Assembly: GCA_964586605.1 (NCBI GenBank)
Contig: CAZPGX010000002.1
Span: 11,648 to 75,647, forward strand
Direction of reading: 5' to 3'
DNA length: 64,000 bases
Source of the DNA: an uncultured Planctomycetia bacterium
GTDB taxonomy: Bacteria > Omnitrophota > Gorgyraeia > JAFGHF01
Part shown: positions 1-10,557 of the stretch, one piece after another
Layout: each line of letters begins with the position of its first letter
Position numbering within the stretch: the first letter of the stretch is position 1
Position numbers and translations under genes: made by a program
The notes under the pieces: model-generated
What the model was told of the DNA's origin: nothing
The model's input: only the letters and a program-made list of their open reading frames with translations
Databases searched by the model: none

Positions 1-860
1 ACTACCATATAATCCACAAGAGCGAATTTAAGAAGCCCGAACAGGTAAATGTGCAGTACATAGCTCTCTACTTTGACAAAGAAGAGCCGCTTCAAGATGA
101 ATTGAAAGTGGCTCTGGAAGACAAAATATGGCAGATATCCGACGAGATTCAAGACGGTGTTGTCTCTTTTGAGGAAGCGGCCAAAAAATACGAACTGCCG
201 GTTAAAGAAAGCGGATTTTTCGGCCCCCAAGACGTCATCCCCGACTTCGGCCTCTCTTACGAATTCCTGAAAGCTGCCTTTTCCTTAAAAACGGGCGGGG
301 TAAGCAAGGTGATAGAGACCTCCAAAGCATACCTGATTATAAAAGTGAAAGAAAAAAAAGAGGCCTGCTTTCCCGAATTAGAAGAGATTAAAGATAAAGT
401 CGAGCAGGCCCTGATAAAGCAAAAATCCCGGCAATTAGCTAAAGACGAGGCAAAGAATGCCCTCTCTCAAATTAAAAAGATGATGGCTGAAGAGAATTTG
501 ACTTTTTCAAAGGCAGTAGAAAAGCTGAACTTAACTGTTCAAGAGACCGAAGAGTTTACCAGATCCGGGTATATCTCCGGAATCGGCCAGGCCCCGGGAT
601 TTAATCAAGCGGCCTTTGGGCTCGAGCAGGACCAGATAAGCGAAGTAATCGCTGTGGCGAGCGGCTATTGTATTTTAAACCTCAAAGGCATCACCCCAAT
701 CGAGCAAGAAAAGTTTATCGAGGAAAGAGAAGATTTTACTAAAGCGCTTCTGGCAAGAAAAAAAGATATCTACTATCGAATCTGGCTGACCGAGTTGGAA
801 AAACAGGCAAAACTGATAAACAACATCGCAAAACTTAAAAATAAGCCCGGGAGGCCTTAG
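1..860 (+). CDS. C-terminal part of a periplasmic folding chaperone / PpiC-SurA-PpiD-like protein (5' end lies outside the window)
   Basis: The frame is open from base 3 to the stop at 858-860. The product is Lys/Glu-rich with PpiD/SurA-like C-terminal composition. There is no strong motif, so the family assignment is tentative. Confidence 0.35.
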   Translation, partial: YHIIHKSEFKKPEQVNVQYIALYFDKEEPLQDELKVALEDKIWQISDEIQDGVVSFEEAAKKYELPVKESGFFGPQDVIPDFGLSYEFLKAAFSLKTGGVSKVIETSKAYLIIKVKEKKEACFPELEEIKDKVEQALIKQKSRQLAKDEAKNALSQIKKMMAEENLTFSKAVEKLNLTVQETEEFTRSGYISGIGQAPGFNQAAFGLEQDQISEVIAVASGYCILNLKGITPIEQEKFIEEREDFTKALLARKKDIYYRIWLTELEKQAKLINNIAKLKNKPGRP

Positions 861-1711
861 GTATTACCCAGGTATACATAGCGCAATTTTTTCCTGGCTA
901 ACTCTTGAGCTTTTTTGAGCGTCTTTACCGGCGTAGGCGGGATATCCATCTTGTAATAGGGAAAATAGCGCGAGAAATGGAGCGGGGTGTCTTCTCCCAG
1001 CTTTTGCGCTATCCAGTCCACAAGTTCTTCAAAATTCTCTTTTCTATCGTTAAGCGTAGGAATTATCAAATTGGTAATCTCGATATGACACTTTCCCTTT
1101 GAGAATTCCGTAGTGCGCAATACAGGTGCCAGAGACCCCCGGCAATATTTCTTATAAAATCCCTCCTCCATTGATTTGATGTCAATATTCATCGCATCAA
1201 TTAAACCGATTATCTCTTCAAGCGGCTTCTGATTTACGTAGCCGTTGGTTACTAAGACATTTTTTAAGCCTTCCTTGCGCGCAAGGCGCGCGGTGTCATA
1301 GACAAATTCATACCAGATAAACGGCTCATTATAGGTGTAGGCAATACCGAAAGAATCCAGTTGTCTGGCCCTGGCAATTACTTCTTTGGGGGTTATCTTT
1401 TCCGTAGGGCAATTTAGACTTTGAGAGATGGAAAAGTTCTGGCACCAGGGGCATTTAAGGTTGCACCCCTTTGTGCCTAAAGAGAGAATAGACTCGCCGG
1501 GATGGAAATGATAAAGAGGCTTTTTCTCAATGGGGTCCAGGGCAATAGAGGTGGCCTCGCCGTAAATCAGGGAATAGAGCCGGCCGTGTTCATTTTTTCT
1601 TACACCGCATTTGCCGGTTTCGCCCTTTTTCAAAAGGCAATAATTGGGGCAGAGCAGGCATTTGACCTTACCCTGCTCCATCAGCTGACAGTGCACCGAC
1701 TCCTTCTTCAT
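857..1711 (-). CDS. Radical SAM enzyme, AmmeMemoRadiSam-system type (AmrS-like, PflA-related)
   Basis: It has the N-terminal Cys motif VKCLLCPNYC...GKCGVRKN followed by the radical SAM cluster motif CNLKCPWCQN (CX3CX2C). It is 284 aa. Confidence 0.6.
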   Translation of the reverse strand: MKKESVHCQLMEQGKVKCLLCPNYCLLKKGETGKCGVRKNEHGRLYSLIYGEATSIALDPIEKKPLYHFHPGESILSLGTKGCNLKCPWCQNFSISQSLNCPTEKITPKEVIARARQLDSFGIAYTYNEPFIWYEFVYDTARLARKEGLKNVLVTNGYVNQKPLEEIIGLIDAMNIDIKSMEEGFYKKYCRGSLAPVLRTTEFSKGKCHIEITNLIIPTLNDRKENFEELVDWIAQKLGEDTPLHFSRYFPYYKMDIPPTPVKTLKKAQELARKKLRYVYLGNT

Positions 1712-1715
1712 CCCG

Positions 1716-2033
1716 CTACCTCACTTTTGCGCCGTTGGGAACCTTCTTTTCCGGCAGAAGCAATACCGGCTCCGGAGTAGCTGCGCAGAGAATCATCCCG
1801 TTACTCTCCACGCCCCTGATCGTTGCCGGCTCAAGGTTCAAAAGCACAGGCACCTGGCGTCCGAGGACATCCTTGGCCTCATACTGCATTGCTATGCCGG
1901 CAACAACCTGCCTTTTCTCTTCTCCGGTATCTACTACTAATTTCAGCAGCCTGTCCGCACCGGCAACCTTCTCGGCCTCAACAATAGCAGCCATTTTAAT
2001 CTCCAGTTTTGCAAAATCCTCGTACTTGATCAT
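1716..2033 (-). CDS. csaA: tRNA-binding domain protein (CsaA / EMAP-II-like)
   Basis: 105 aa with a typical Myf/CsaA tRNA-binding OB-fold sequence (AAIVEAEKV...LLKLVVDTG...VVAGIA). Confidence 0.65.
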   Translation of the reverse strand: MIKYEDFAKLEIKMAAIVEAEKVAGADRLLKLVVDTGEEKRQVVAGIAMQYEAKDVLGRQVPVLLNLEPATIRGVESNGMILCAATPEPVLLLPEKKVPNGAKVR

Positions 2034-2043
2034 CTAATCCTCC

Positions 2044-4974
2044 TTATCTTCTGTTTGTGGTATAGGGACAGACCTCGCGGTAGGCGCAATATTTACAGGC
2101 TAAATAGTTGGGCCTTGCCGGAAATTCCCGCGAGCGAATACCGCAAGAGGCCTGGGCAATTAATTCTTCGGCTTTTTCTAAGTCGCTTTCTTTGCGCCGG
2201 GCCCGGCCGATAAGGCCCGTATCTACGAAATGAAGCTCTACCCTGACCGGGAGTTCGCCTTTAACCATACGATAAGCTAAGGCGTAAATAGAAAGCTGCA
2301 AGGACTCTTTGGTGCGCTTATCCGCCTGTTTTTGTTTGGTTACCGTATCCGAAGTCTTAAAATCAATAATTACCGCGCCCTCTTCCGTTTCATCAATCCT
2401 GTCCCAGCGGCCGACTAGCTTATCCTTGCCCAGGGCAAAATTAAACGATTGCTCGATATAAGCAGGGAGTTTTTTGTCGTTTTCTCGATTGTAAAAATCT
2501 TTTAGTGTCTGTTCTCCCTGAGCAAACCTTTGTTCTTCATGCGCACGCGATAAGAAACCCTCGTTTACCCAAGCAGCTTTAAGGCTCTTAATTAAATCCT
2601 GCTCTGTAAATTTCTTTTTAGCTATTTTTGCCTGATAAAAATCCAGGATGGCCTTATGGATAGCGCTCCCATAGACTACGCTGTGATGGCGCATAATCGG
2701 AATGCGCAGGATATGCACATATTTATATTTTAGGGGACAGGTCAGGTAATCATCAACCTGGCGGAAGCTTAATCGCAATAACTCATCCGAAGATATCGGC
2801 TTTTCTTTAACAGCCGGGGCGGAGGCCCTGGGCGCAAAACGTCTGATTTCCTCAAGGGCTTGAGTCTTGATTACCTCAGGTTTCTGCGGGCTAATATCCA
2901 GCGCTTCATAGATAAACTGGCTGACCTTGCGCGTGCGTTTTCCGCCATAATCTAAGCTTGAAGTAAAATATAATTTATCCTTTGCGCGGGTCATCCCGAC
3001 ATAAAAGAGCCTTCTCTCCTCCTGAATATGATAATCGCCGCCGGGCAATATATCTTTGATCAATTCAAGCGGCATCTCAATGGGCTCACGGCGCCTGGGC
3101 CAGGGGAAACGCCCCTGCACTAAATTGACTAAAAATACAACGCTAAACTCTAATCCTTTGGCCTTATGCAACGTCAAGATATTTATCGCCTCCAAGTCAA
3201 AATCGGCTTCGGCGGTAGCCGGGTCGTCCCCGGCGGAAATCAGCATATCCAGGTGCTGGACAAAGCTGGGCAGGCGGTCCTCGCTGGTTAAATTCTCAAA
3301 GTTGGCCACAATGTTAAAGAAACGGGCAATATTTTTAATGCGCTGTTCGTTAACAACGCTCTCCTCTTTCATCAGCCTTTTGATATAACCTGATTGTTGC
3401 AAAAATAGATAAAGCAGTTTTCCGGAAGAAAGGCCCCTGGCCTCTTTTAAATAGTGATTTAAATCCTCAACAATCTTTTTAATCTTTACCCGGGTTTTGG
3501 CAGAGATATCGGCAAGCTCCTTAATCTTATCCAGGCAGCTAAAGGCGTTAAATAAAGAACGGTTCTTTTTGTCGGCCCAGTTAAGACAACGCGTTAAATC
3601 GGCCATATCCATATTATACAAGCCGGGAAAGCTGACCAGGTGATACAAGCTAATGCTGTCATCGGGGTCGGCAATGGCGCGCAAAAAAGAAATCAAAAAA
3701 CGGATTTCTTCCTGAGAGTAAAGCCCCTGATTTCCAGAAAAACGCCAGGGAATCAAGCGCATGTTTAAGGCGCGAAGAAAAGGCTGGGCGTCATTATTGG
3801 AGCGTACTAAAATGGCTATTTCTCCATAGGAAAGTTTATTCTTTTTTACTTTCTCTTCAATTATCCGGGCCACCTCATCGGCTTCTGATGAGCCGGTATC
3901 AAAATGAAGATGGTCGATTGCCGGACCTTTCTTTCTCCGGGCGGTGAGTTCCTTGCTGATCTTGCATTTTACCTCTAAGGTGTCCGGGTCATTGTGTTTG
4001 ATCAAGCGGTAGGCCCGATCAAGAATCACTTGAGTTGAGCGGTAGTTTTCGGTAAGCACGACCTGGCGTGCCCCGGGATAATAATCCATAAAATTAAGGA
4101 TATTGCTGATAGCCGCCCCGCGGAACTTAAAGATAGACTGATTATCATCTCCGACGACAGCGATGTTTTTGTGGGCCTGGGCCAGGAGTTTAACCAGCTG
4201 AAACTGGCTGAAATTTGTATCCTGAAACTCATCTACTAAAATATATTTAAACTGTTTTTGATAACGGCTAAGCACAAGTGGTTTTTTGCGGAAAAGATGA
4301 AGCGTAAGATAAACCTGATTAGCAAAGTCGACCTTGCCCTCTTTCATTAAAAATTTTTGATATTTCTCATAGGCCCGGGCAAGCTCCATCTGCGCGCGGG
4401 CGTTCTCTTTTAATTCTTCCTCTTGAGGGCTTTTTTTAGACTTTTCTTCCAGGCCCTTGGCATATTTTAAATATTCCTCCCAGGAGACATCCTCATCGCG
4501 CAGGCGGCTGAAAAGGATTACCAGCGCATCCAGGAAACGCGCCGGGTCGCTTTTAGGGCGGTAATAATCCAGGTTAAACTCATAGAGATGTTCTTTTAAA
4601 AAAATTATTTGATCCGGGCGGGTGAGAACATTGAACTCCGGCTCCAGCCCCAATTCTAAGGCGTTTTCGCGCAGGATGCGGTCGCCGAAGGCATGAAAGG
4701 TGGAGATCCAGATATCCGTATAGCCGTAGGGCACAAGCAGGTCCACCCTTTCCTCCATCTCAGCGGCAGCTTTATCGGTAAAGGTAAGGGCTAAGATTTC
4801 TTCGGGACGGGCTTTTTTGGCAGCAATCAGGTGGGCGATGCGGCGGGTAATAACTGCGGTTTTTCCAGTTCCGGCGCCGGCAATAATTAAAAGCGGGCCC
4901 TGGTCATGTTCGACTGCCTCTTTCTGCCTGGCATTCAGTCCCGCCAATGTCTTGTTTTCAGTCTTCACCGCCAC
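2044..4974 (-). CDS. UvrD/PcrA-family SF1 helicase fused to a C-terminal Cas4/AddB-type PD-(D/E)XK nuclease domain with a 4-Cys cluster
   Basis: The N-terminus carries Walker A (GAGTGKT), and the UvrD motifs (VDEFQDT, TLHKAKGLEF) are present. The C-terminus has Cys...DYLTCPLKY and ...CKYCAYREVC, typical of RecB-family Fe-S nucleases. Confidence 0.8.
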   Translation of the reverse strand: MAVKTENKTLAGLNARQKEAVEHDQGPLLIIAGAGTGKTAVITRRIAHLIAAKKARPEEILALTFTDKAAAEMEERVDLLVPYGYTDIWISTFHAFGDRILRENALELGLEPEFNVLTRPDQIIFLKEHLYEFNLDYYRPKSDPARFLDALVILFSRLRDEDVSWEEYLKYAKGLEEKSKKSPQEEELKENARAQMELARAYEKYQKFLMKEGKVDFANQVYLTLHLFRKKPLVLSRYQKQFKYILVDEFQDTNFSQFQLVKLLAQAHKNIAVVGDDNQSIFKFRGAAISNILNFMDYYPGARQVVLTENYRSTQVILDRAYRLIKHNDPDTLEVKCKISKELTARRKKGPAIDHLHFDTGSSEADEVARIIEEKVKKNKLSYGEIAILVRSNNDAQPFLRALNMRLIPWRFSGNQGLYSQEEIRFLISFLRAIADPDDSISLYHLVSFPGLYNMDMADLTRCLNWADKKNRSLFNAFSCLDKIKELADISAKTRVKIKKIVEDLNHYLKEARGLSSGKLLYLFLQQSGYIKRLMKEESVVNEQRIKNIARFFNIVANFENLTSEDRLPSFVQHLDMLISAGDDPATAEADFDLEAINILTLHKAKGLEFSVVFLVNLVQGRFPWPRRREPIEMPLELIKDILPGGDYHIQEERRLFYVGMTRAKDKLYFTSSLDYGGKRTRKVSQFIYEALDISPQKPEVIKTQALEEIRRFAPRASAPAVKEKPISSDELLRLSFRQVDDYLTCPLKYKYVHILRIPIMRHHSVVYGSAIHKAILDFYQAKIAKKKFTEQDLIKSLKAAWVNEGFLSRAHEEQRFAQGEQTLKDFYNRENDKKLPAYIEQSFNFALGKDKLVGRWDRIDETEEGAVIIDFKTSDTVTKQKQADKRTKESLQLSIYALAYRMVKGELPVRVELHFVDTGLIGRARRKESDLEKAEELIAQASCGIRSREFPARPNYLACKYCAYREVCPYTTNRR

Positions 4975-4997
4975 GGATTAGAATATTTTTTATGTTT

Positions 4998-5444
4998 CTA
5001 TCTAAGGCCTTTGAGGGTTTTCATGAATTGGCCGACGTCGCGGAATTGGCGGTAGACAGAGGCAAAGCGCACGTAGGCAATCTCGTCCAAGTCCTGCAAT
5101 TTCTTCATTACCAATTCCCCAATCTCTTTAAACTTAACCTCTTTATCGTAATTCTTGCGTAAGGCAGATTCTATTTTATCGGTTAAATCTTCCAACTGTT
5201 CCATGCTAATTGGCCTTTTCTCACAGGCCTTGATTAACCCGGCAAGCAGCTTTTTGCGTTCAAACGGCTGGCGGCGTGAGTCCTTTTTGACCACCATTAG
5301 AGGCGCCTCTTCAATATGTTCATAGGTAGTGAAGCGCCGTTCGCATTTGAGGCATTCGCGGCGGCGGCGGATAGAATTGCCTTCGGCACTGAGACGTGAA
5401 TCTACTACCTTATCTTCCAGGTTTCCGCAATAAGGACATTTCAT
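4998..5444 (-). CDS. nrdR: Transcriptional repressor NrdR
   Basis: MKCPYCG...[12 protein letters not shown] zinc ribbon followed by an ATP-cone domain; 148 aa. Confidence 0.9.
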   Translation of the reverse strand: MKCPYCGNLEDKVVDSRLSAEGNSIRRRRECLKCERRFTTYEHIEEAPLMVVKKDSRRQPFERKKLLAGLIKACEKRPISMEQLEDLTDKIESALRKNYDKEVKFKEIGELVMKKLQDLDEIAYVRFASVYRQFRDVGQFMKTLKGLR

Positions 5445-5902
5445 TTTAGTCTACGTACCTTAATGCCGGCTTCTTTCAAGAATTCGCCGGCCATTTCATC
5501 GGGGTAGCTGCCGGCGATAACCACCTCTTTAATCCCGGCATTGATAATCATCTTGGCACAGATAATACAGGGCTGGTGGGTAACATAGAGCATGCTCTCT
5601 CGCAAGCTAATCCCATAAAGCGCTGCCTGCAGGAGGGCATTTTGCTCGGCGTGTAAGCCCCGGCACAACTCATGCCTCTGCCCTGAAGGAACTTTAAGCT
5701 TTGTACGCAAGCAGCCAACCTCGGCGCAATGTTTTATGCCGCTTGGGGTGCCATTATAGCCGGTAGCTAGAATGCGCCTGTCCTTGACAATTAAGGCGCC
5801 TACTTTTCGACGCAGGCAGGTTGAGCGCTTGGAGACAATCGCGGCAATCTCCAGGAAGTACTCATCCCAGCCCGGACGGGCATCTTTTCTTTTAGCCTTC
5901 AT
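5441..5902 (-). CDS. Deoxycytidylate (dCMP) deaminase / ComEB family
   Basis: CMP/dCMP deaminase zinc motifs HAEQNAL and PCIICAKMI are present; 153 aa. Confidence 0.85.
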   Translation of the reverse strand: MKAKRKDARPGWDEYFLEIAAIVSKRSTCLRRKVGALIVKDRRILATGYNGTPSGIKHCAEVGCLRTKLKVPSGQRHELCRGLHAEQNALLQAALYGISLRESMLYVTHQPCIICAKMIINAGIKEVVIAGSYPDEMAGEFLKEAGIKVRRLK

Positions 5903-7146
5903 ATCTTTAAATCCTTGTATAGCGGAAATATTGCTGTGAGCTTCAACACTTCCTTCCTGGTCATTTCGATTACTTTTTTATCTTTAGGCGAAGACAATAT
6001 TCCGTTGATTAGGCAGGCAATCTGGGACATCTCGCTTTCTTTCATCCCTCTTGTGGTAACGCAAGGGGTGCCTAATCTTAGGCCGCTGGCTAAGCTTGCC
6101 CTGCGCCCGTCAAAAGGAATCAAATTTTTATTCAAGACAATATTGGCTCTATGCAGGGCCGAAGCCGCGTCTTTGCCCGTTATCTTCCTTGAGGTCAGGT
6201 CTATTAAAAGCAGATGATTATCTGTGCCGCCGGAGACAATGCGATAACCTTGAGCCTTTAAATCTGCAGCTAACTTTTTGGCATTAATAATTATCTGTTT
6301 CTGATAAGCCTTAAATTCTGATCCGGCGGCAAGTTTTAAGGCAACTGCTTTAGCCGCGATTAGATGCATCAGCGGGCCTCCCTGGATGCCGGGAAAGACC
6401 TGAGCGTCTATTCTTTTAGCAAACTCCTTACGGCACATTATCATTCCGGCCCTGGGGCCGCGCAAGGTCTTATGGGTAGTGGTCGTAACAAATTCTGCAT
6501 GAGGAATAGGTGAGGGGTGAAGCCCGGCGGCTACCAACCCGGCGATATGGGCGATATCAGCCAGGATAAAGGCGCCGACTTTATCGGCAATTCCGCGGAA
6601 CCTGGCAAAATCTATAGTCCGCGGGTAAGCCGAGGCCCCCACTAAAATCATCTTTGGCCTATGCTTTTTGGCTAAGGCCTCAACTTCATTATAGTCTATG
6701 CGTTCATCTTTCTTGCTTACGCCGTAGGAGACAACATTAAAATACTTTCCGGAAAAATTCTGGCGGTGTCCGTGCGAAAGGTGCCCTCCGCAGGCCAAGT
6801 CCATAGCCAGGACGGTATCTCCCATCTTAAGCATGGCAAAATATACCGCCATATTGGCCTGTGTCCCCGAATGCGGCTGGACATTTACATGCCCTGCGCC
6901 GAAAAGCTTCTTGGCCCGTTCCTTGGCCAGGCCTTCCACCACATCCACACACTCACAACCGTCATACCAGCGCTGGCCGGGATAGCCTTCGGCGTATTTA
7001 TTGGTCATTACCGAGCCTTGGGCCTGTAAAACAGGCTCCGGGGTAAAGTTTTCGCTGGCAATCAGGTTGATAGTATCACGCTCTCTTTTCAGCTCATCAG
7101 CAATTGCCTTGTGTACCTGTGGGTCAACTTTTTTTAAGTAATCCAT
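5899..7146 (-). CDS. glyA: Serine hydroxymethyltransferase
   Basis: 415 aa with the SHMT hallmarks ([14 protein letters not shown], the PLP-lysine region [12 protein letters not shown]). Confidence 0.95.
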   Translation of the reverse strand: MDYLKKVDPQVHKAIADELKRERDTINLIASENFTPEPVLQAQGSVMTNKYAEGYPGQRWYDGCECVDVVEGLAKERAKKLFGAGHVNVQPHSGTQANMAVYFAMLKMGDTVLAMDLACGGHLSHGHRQNFSGKYFNVVSYGVSKKDERIDYNEVEALAKKHRPKMILVGASAYPRTIDFARFRGIADKVGAFILADIAHIAGLVAAGLHPSPIPHAEFVTTTTHKTLRGPRAGMIMCRKEFAKRIDAQVFPGIQGGPLMHLIAAKAVALKLAAGSEFKAYQKQIIINAKKLAADLKAQGYRIVSGGTDNHLLLIDLTSRKITGKDAASALHRANIVLNKNLIPFDGRRASLASGLRLGTPCVTTRGMKESEMSQIACLINGILSSPKDKKVIEMTRKEVLKLTAIFPLYKDLKI

Positions 7147-7162
7147 TGTCAGCTCCTGCTAC

Positions 7163-7621
7163 TCATTTTAATTTCTTAATCTTTTTCTCTATACTCGTAA
7201 TTTGCCTTACCCTGCGGGCATGACGGGGCTGTGCGGAAAATTCGGTTTCAAGCCATACCCGGACAATCTCACAGGCCTTTTTAAAACTTAAATAGCTGCC
7301 GGCCAAAGATAACACGTTGGCATTGTTGTGTTCACGGCTGCGCCGGGCCTGGATTTTGCTCTGACAAAGGGCTGCGCGAATCCCGGGAACTTTATTAGCA
7401 ACTACGGAAAGGCCGATTCCGGTTTTACAAATCAGTATCCCCCGGGGGAATTGCCCGCCGGCAACGCTAGCCGCAACCTTATAGCCGATAGCCGGATAGT
7501 CGCATCGCTTCGCGCTGTGCGTGCCTAAATCAGCAATTAGATGGCCGCGCCCTTCCAGAAACTTTATCAATTTGGTCTTTAATTTGTATCCGCCATGGTC
7601 GGCGCCGATAGCAATCTTCAT
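7163..7621 (-). CDS. rpiB: Ribose-5-phosphate isomerase B
   Basis: MKIAIGADHGGYKLK... RpiB/LacAB family; 152 aa. Confidence 0.9.
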   Translation of the reverse strand: MKIAIGADHGGYKLKTKLIKFLEGRGHLIADLGTHSAKRCDYPAIGYKVAASVAGGQFPRGILICKTGIGLSVVANKVPGIRAALCQSKIQARRSREHNNANVLSLAGSYLSFKKACEIVRVWLETEFSAQPRHARRVRQITSIEKKIKKLK

Positions 7622-8058
7622 CCTTCCTCCATTTTTTTTGCTATTCGCAAAATATTCTCCTTAATAACGGCATAGACCTTACGGTAAAAATCTAAAGACC
7701 TGCCGATAGGGTCAATAATATCCGACTCACTTAATAAATGCACCTTATTTCCTGCAGAGGGCTTGCGGGCTAAAATATGCTCTTGATGCCGCCTCTCCAT
7801 CACCAGGATTAAATCTGCCCCAGCAATCATTTCGTCGCTAAGGGGCGAGCTTCTGTGCTCGGAAATATCGATATCCTCTTCAGACATCACCTGAATCGCC
7901 TCAGGCGTTGCGGGCATCCCTTTAATTGCCGCTGTGCCCGCAGTAGCCACCTGATAATCGCCTTTTCCTTTTAACAGTTTTTTTAAAAGGCCCGCAGCCA
8001 TCGCGCTGCGGCAGGAATTTCCCGTACAGACTAAAAGGATTGTCTTAGCCTTAGACAC
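7618..8058 (-). CDS. Low-molecular-weight protein-tyrosine phosphatase (LMW-PTP / ArsC-like)
   Basis: N-terminal P-loop CTGNSCRS (CX5R) and a DPI motif; 146 aa. Confidence 0.85.
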   Translation of the reverse strand: MSKAKTILLVCTGNSCRSAMAAGLLKKLLKGKGDYQVATAGTAAIKGMPATPEAIQVMSEEDIDISEHRSSPLSDEMIAGADLILVMERRHQEHILARKPSAGNKVHLLSESDIIDPIGRSLDFYRKVYAVIKENILRIAKKMEEG

Positions 8059-8653
8059 TCCGGATATCCTTTTCGGTTATTATGCCCTCTCTTAATACTT
8101 TAGGGGGCGAAACAGTTAAATCTACCACGCTGGATGCCATTCCTAATTCTGCCGGCCCTGCGTCGATAACCATCTCAATAAGCCCGGCAAACGTTCCTAA
8201 GACCTGCTCGGCTGTCTTTGCTTCGGGCTCACCCGATAAATTGGCGCTGGGTGCAACCAAGGCAGTGTTGCTTTCTTCTATTAAGGCCCGGGCAACCTTA
8301 TTAGCGGGAATGCGCACACCTACCGTTCCTCCCGCTTTCGCTCGTAAAACTAAAGTCAACGGCCCCGGCCAAAAGCTGCCCATCAGTTGATAGGCAAAAG
8401 GAGAAATATCAGAGGCTATCTCTTCTAAACGGCTAATATCCCGGATTTGTACTGTCAGCGGTTTATCTTTGGGGCGTTTTTTCAGCTCAAAGATTCTCTT
8501 CACTGCCTGCTTGTTGGCAAAATCCGCCGCCAGCCCATAGACCGTTTCGGTGGGAAAACCAACAATCCCGCCTTTTTTGATTATCCCAGCCGCCTGCCTG
8601 ATCTTTTCTAAATCTATATCCTCCGGGTCTATCTTTACAACTTGCGTCTTCAT
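8051..8653 (-). CDS. tsaC: L-threonylcarbamoyladenylate synthase (TsaC/YrdC family)
   Basis: YrdC fold sequence: PTETVYGLAADA...GPLTLVL...SANLSG. Confidence 0.85.
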   Translation of the reverse strand: MKTQVVKIDPEDIDLEKIRQAAGIIKKGGIVGFPTETVYGLAADFANKQAVKRIFELKKRPKDKPLTVQIRDISRLEEIASDISPFAYQLMGSFWPGPLTLVLRAKAGGTVGVRIPANKVARALIEESNTALVAPSANLSGEPEAKTAEQVLGTFAGLIEMVIDAGPAELGMASSVVDLTVSPPKVLREGIITEKDIRSV

Positions 8654-9870
8654 ATGTTAACAATATCTTCGCCGTGATACAAGGCTAAAAACAGCAGCAG
8701 ATAATCCCTTAGGTGGCGGGTGAGCAGGAAGTTCTGCTTGATGTGTTCCCGGCCGGCCGCACCTAATTCCCTGGCATATTCAGGGCTGTTTAATAACTGT
8801 TTTACCCAAAAGGCCGTACCCTCGGTGGTGCGGGAAAGCAGGCCGCTGAATTTATGTCTTATCTGTAAAGGAATCCCTCCCACTGCCGAGGCCACGACGG
8901 GGCAACCTTTCCAGAGGGCCTCGGTTACGGTCAGGGCAAAACCCTCGCGAATAGACTTCTGCAAGACCACGCTTGCCGCTCTTTGCAGGGCATTTATCTC
9001 TATATCGCTGGCGGCGGGCACCGATAAGACATGGATGTCCTTATCGCCCTTTGCCTTTTCCTGCACCTTGGCCAGGACCTCGTTTGACTCCGGATCGTCC
9101 GCGGCTGTGCTTCCGGCCAAAACCAGCTGGCAATCGACGTATTTTTTCACCAATCTATAGACATCAATTACGCCTAAGGGATCCTTAAGATAATCAAAAC
9201 GCGAAATCTGCACAATCACCGGCTTCTTACGGCTTATGTTAAATTTTCTTAGCGCTTCATCTATGGTTGGCTGGGGAAGTTCCTTATTTTTATCGCTTAA
9301 AGGGTCAATAGAAGGAGGGATTAGAAACTGCCCAATCTTTAATTCTTGAGCAAAACTGGGAGAGGAAAAAACCGAGGCATCGTATTCTTCGACATAGGGC
9401 TTTAAGAAATCCCAGACCTGGGGCTGGGGCCGGGAGATATCGATGTGGCAGCGCCAGATCCATTTGGCTTTTTTAATTAATTTTTTTTTCTTAATTAAAA
9501 CAATAGGCTGGGGGTCGTGGACAAAGACAATGTCACCGCGCAAATTCATTTTTTTGACGTTTTCCTCGGAGGTACTTAAAAATAGATCTATCTCCTCCTG
9601 CGAAAGGCGCTCTTTCTTGCCGTGGAGCATATTATGGAATTTTTTGGTAACCGAAAAAAACTTCTCCCCTGCTTTAATTACGTCCCAGCGGGCACGCAGC
9701 CCTAACTCATTCAGGAGCGGAATCATCCGGTTGAGAATTTCTGCCACGCCTCCGCCTACGGCAGTAGAATTGATATTGCGCACTACTTTACCCTTAAGCC
9801 GCTGGCCCAGGGCCCTTAACTCCTCAATAACACTCCTGCCTACTACCGGCTCATAATCAGCTAATCTCAT
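8650..9870 (-). CDS. GT4 glycosyltransferase, TreT-like (trehalose glycosyltransferring synthase candidate)
   Basis: The N-terminus (NSTAVGGGVAEIL...ARWDVI) resembles TreT-type GT4 enzymes as recalled from memory. It lies adjacent to otsA/otsB. Confidence 0.55.
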   Translation of the reverse strand: MRLADYEPVVGRSVIEELRALGQRLKGKVVRNINSTAVGGGVAEILNRMIPLLNELGLRARWDVIKAGEKFFSVTKKFHNMLHGKKERLSQEEIDLFLSTSEENVKKMNLRGDIVFVHDPQPIVLIKKKKLIKKAKWIWRCHIDISRPQPQVWDFLKPYVEEYDASVFSSPSFAQELKIGQFLIPPSIDPLSDKNKELPQPTIDEALRKFNISRKKPVIVQISRFDYLKDPLGVIDVYRLVKKYVDCQLVLAGSTAADDPESNEVLAKVQEKAKGDKDIHVLSVPAASDIEINALQRAASVVLQKSIREGFALTVTEALWKGCPVVASAVGGIPLQIRHKFSGLLSRTTEGTAFWVKQLLNSPEYARELGAAGREHIKQNFLLTRHLRDYLLLFLALYHGEDIVNI

Positions 9871-10556
9871 CCTTTAATCTCTTTTATCCGCTGCTCTATT
9901 AATTCAATTATCTTTTTTCTCAAGCCCTCTAACGTATGGGTATAGGGGTCAAGGCGGGCCAATTCCTGCGCCAGGTCGGGCCGGGCGCAACTTGTATCAA
10001 TCCAGTAAGAGAAGTCGTTTACTCCCTTCTCCAGGCGCAATTTTGCCTCAAAGACATGGAAATATATGGAATTGATGGTAATCTTTTTCAAGATTTTGGC
10101 AAACTCTAAAAGATTGCGGGCTACATAGGGCGTAGGAAAGACAAAACTGATGGTCTTGACAAAATGAAACTGCTCTTCCTCCGATGAGACGCGAAACTGG
10201 CCCAGGCCGCTCTCTTCCATATAGCGGATATGGCCCTGGATGGTCTGGGAGAGTTTTTCTCGCAAGGCCCGAATGGTGGGAAACTGAATCGTATCAATGC
10301 TGGCCAGCTCTTCCCCTAATTTGTGTTCCCCTAAGACTTCTGTTACCCAATAGGCGAAGTCGTTGGGGGGCTCCGGAGACAAAAACTGATGCTGCTGCAA
10401 GAAACGGTGGGTATGATGATAGATTACCGAACCCGAAACCTTATTGATGCCCTTAAGCAGCGTCTTTAGGTCTCGCGCCTTTAGCCCGGTCAATTGCTGC
10501 AGGTGCAATCGAGTGTAAAAAACAAAAGGCTGTTGGGCTTTGCTGAATTTTGGCAT
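9867..10556 (-). CDS. Hypothetical protein (229 aa) inside the trehalose gene cluster
   Basis: It has compact overlaps with its neighbours. No motif was recognised. Confidence 0.4.
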   Translation of the reverse strand: MPKFSKAQQPFVFYTRLHLQQLTGLKARDLKTLLKGINKVSGSVIYHHTHRFLQQHQFLSPEPPNDFAYWVTEVLGEHKLGEELASIDTIQFPTIRALREKLSQTIQGHIRYMEESGLGQFRVSSEEEQFHFVKTISFVFPTPYVARNLLEFAKILKKITINSIYFHVFEAKLRLEKGVNDFSYWIDTSCARPDLAQELARLDPYTHTLEGLRKKIIELIEQRIKEIKG

Positions 10557-10557
10557 C

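Noticed and set aside
857-1711. I considered that the AmmeMemoRadiSam-type radical SAM gene should be accompanied by AMMECR1 and MEMO1 partners, forming a recognisable system.
   Set aside because: Neither partner is present in this window. It is reported only as a radical SAM enzyme, without asserting a system.
3056-3388. Numerous 60-190-aa ORFs on the strand opposite long conserved genes (for example 3056..3388, 6766..7029, 8720..9160, 11993..12556, 25171..25620, 41974..42267, 62353..62946).
   Set aside because: They are antisense shadow ORFs within well-supported genes, with low-complexity or biased composition and no motifs.
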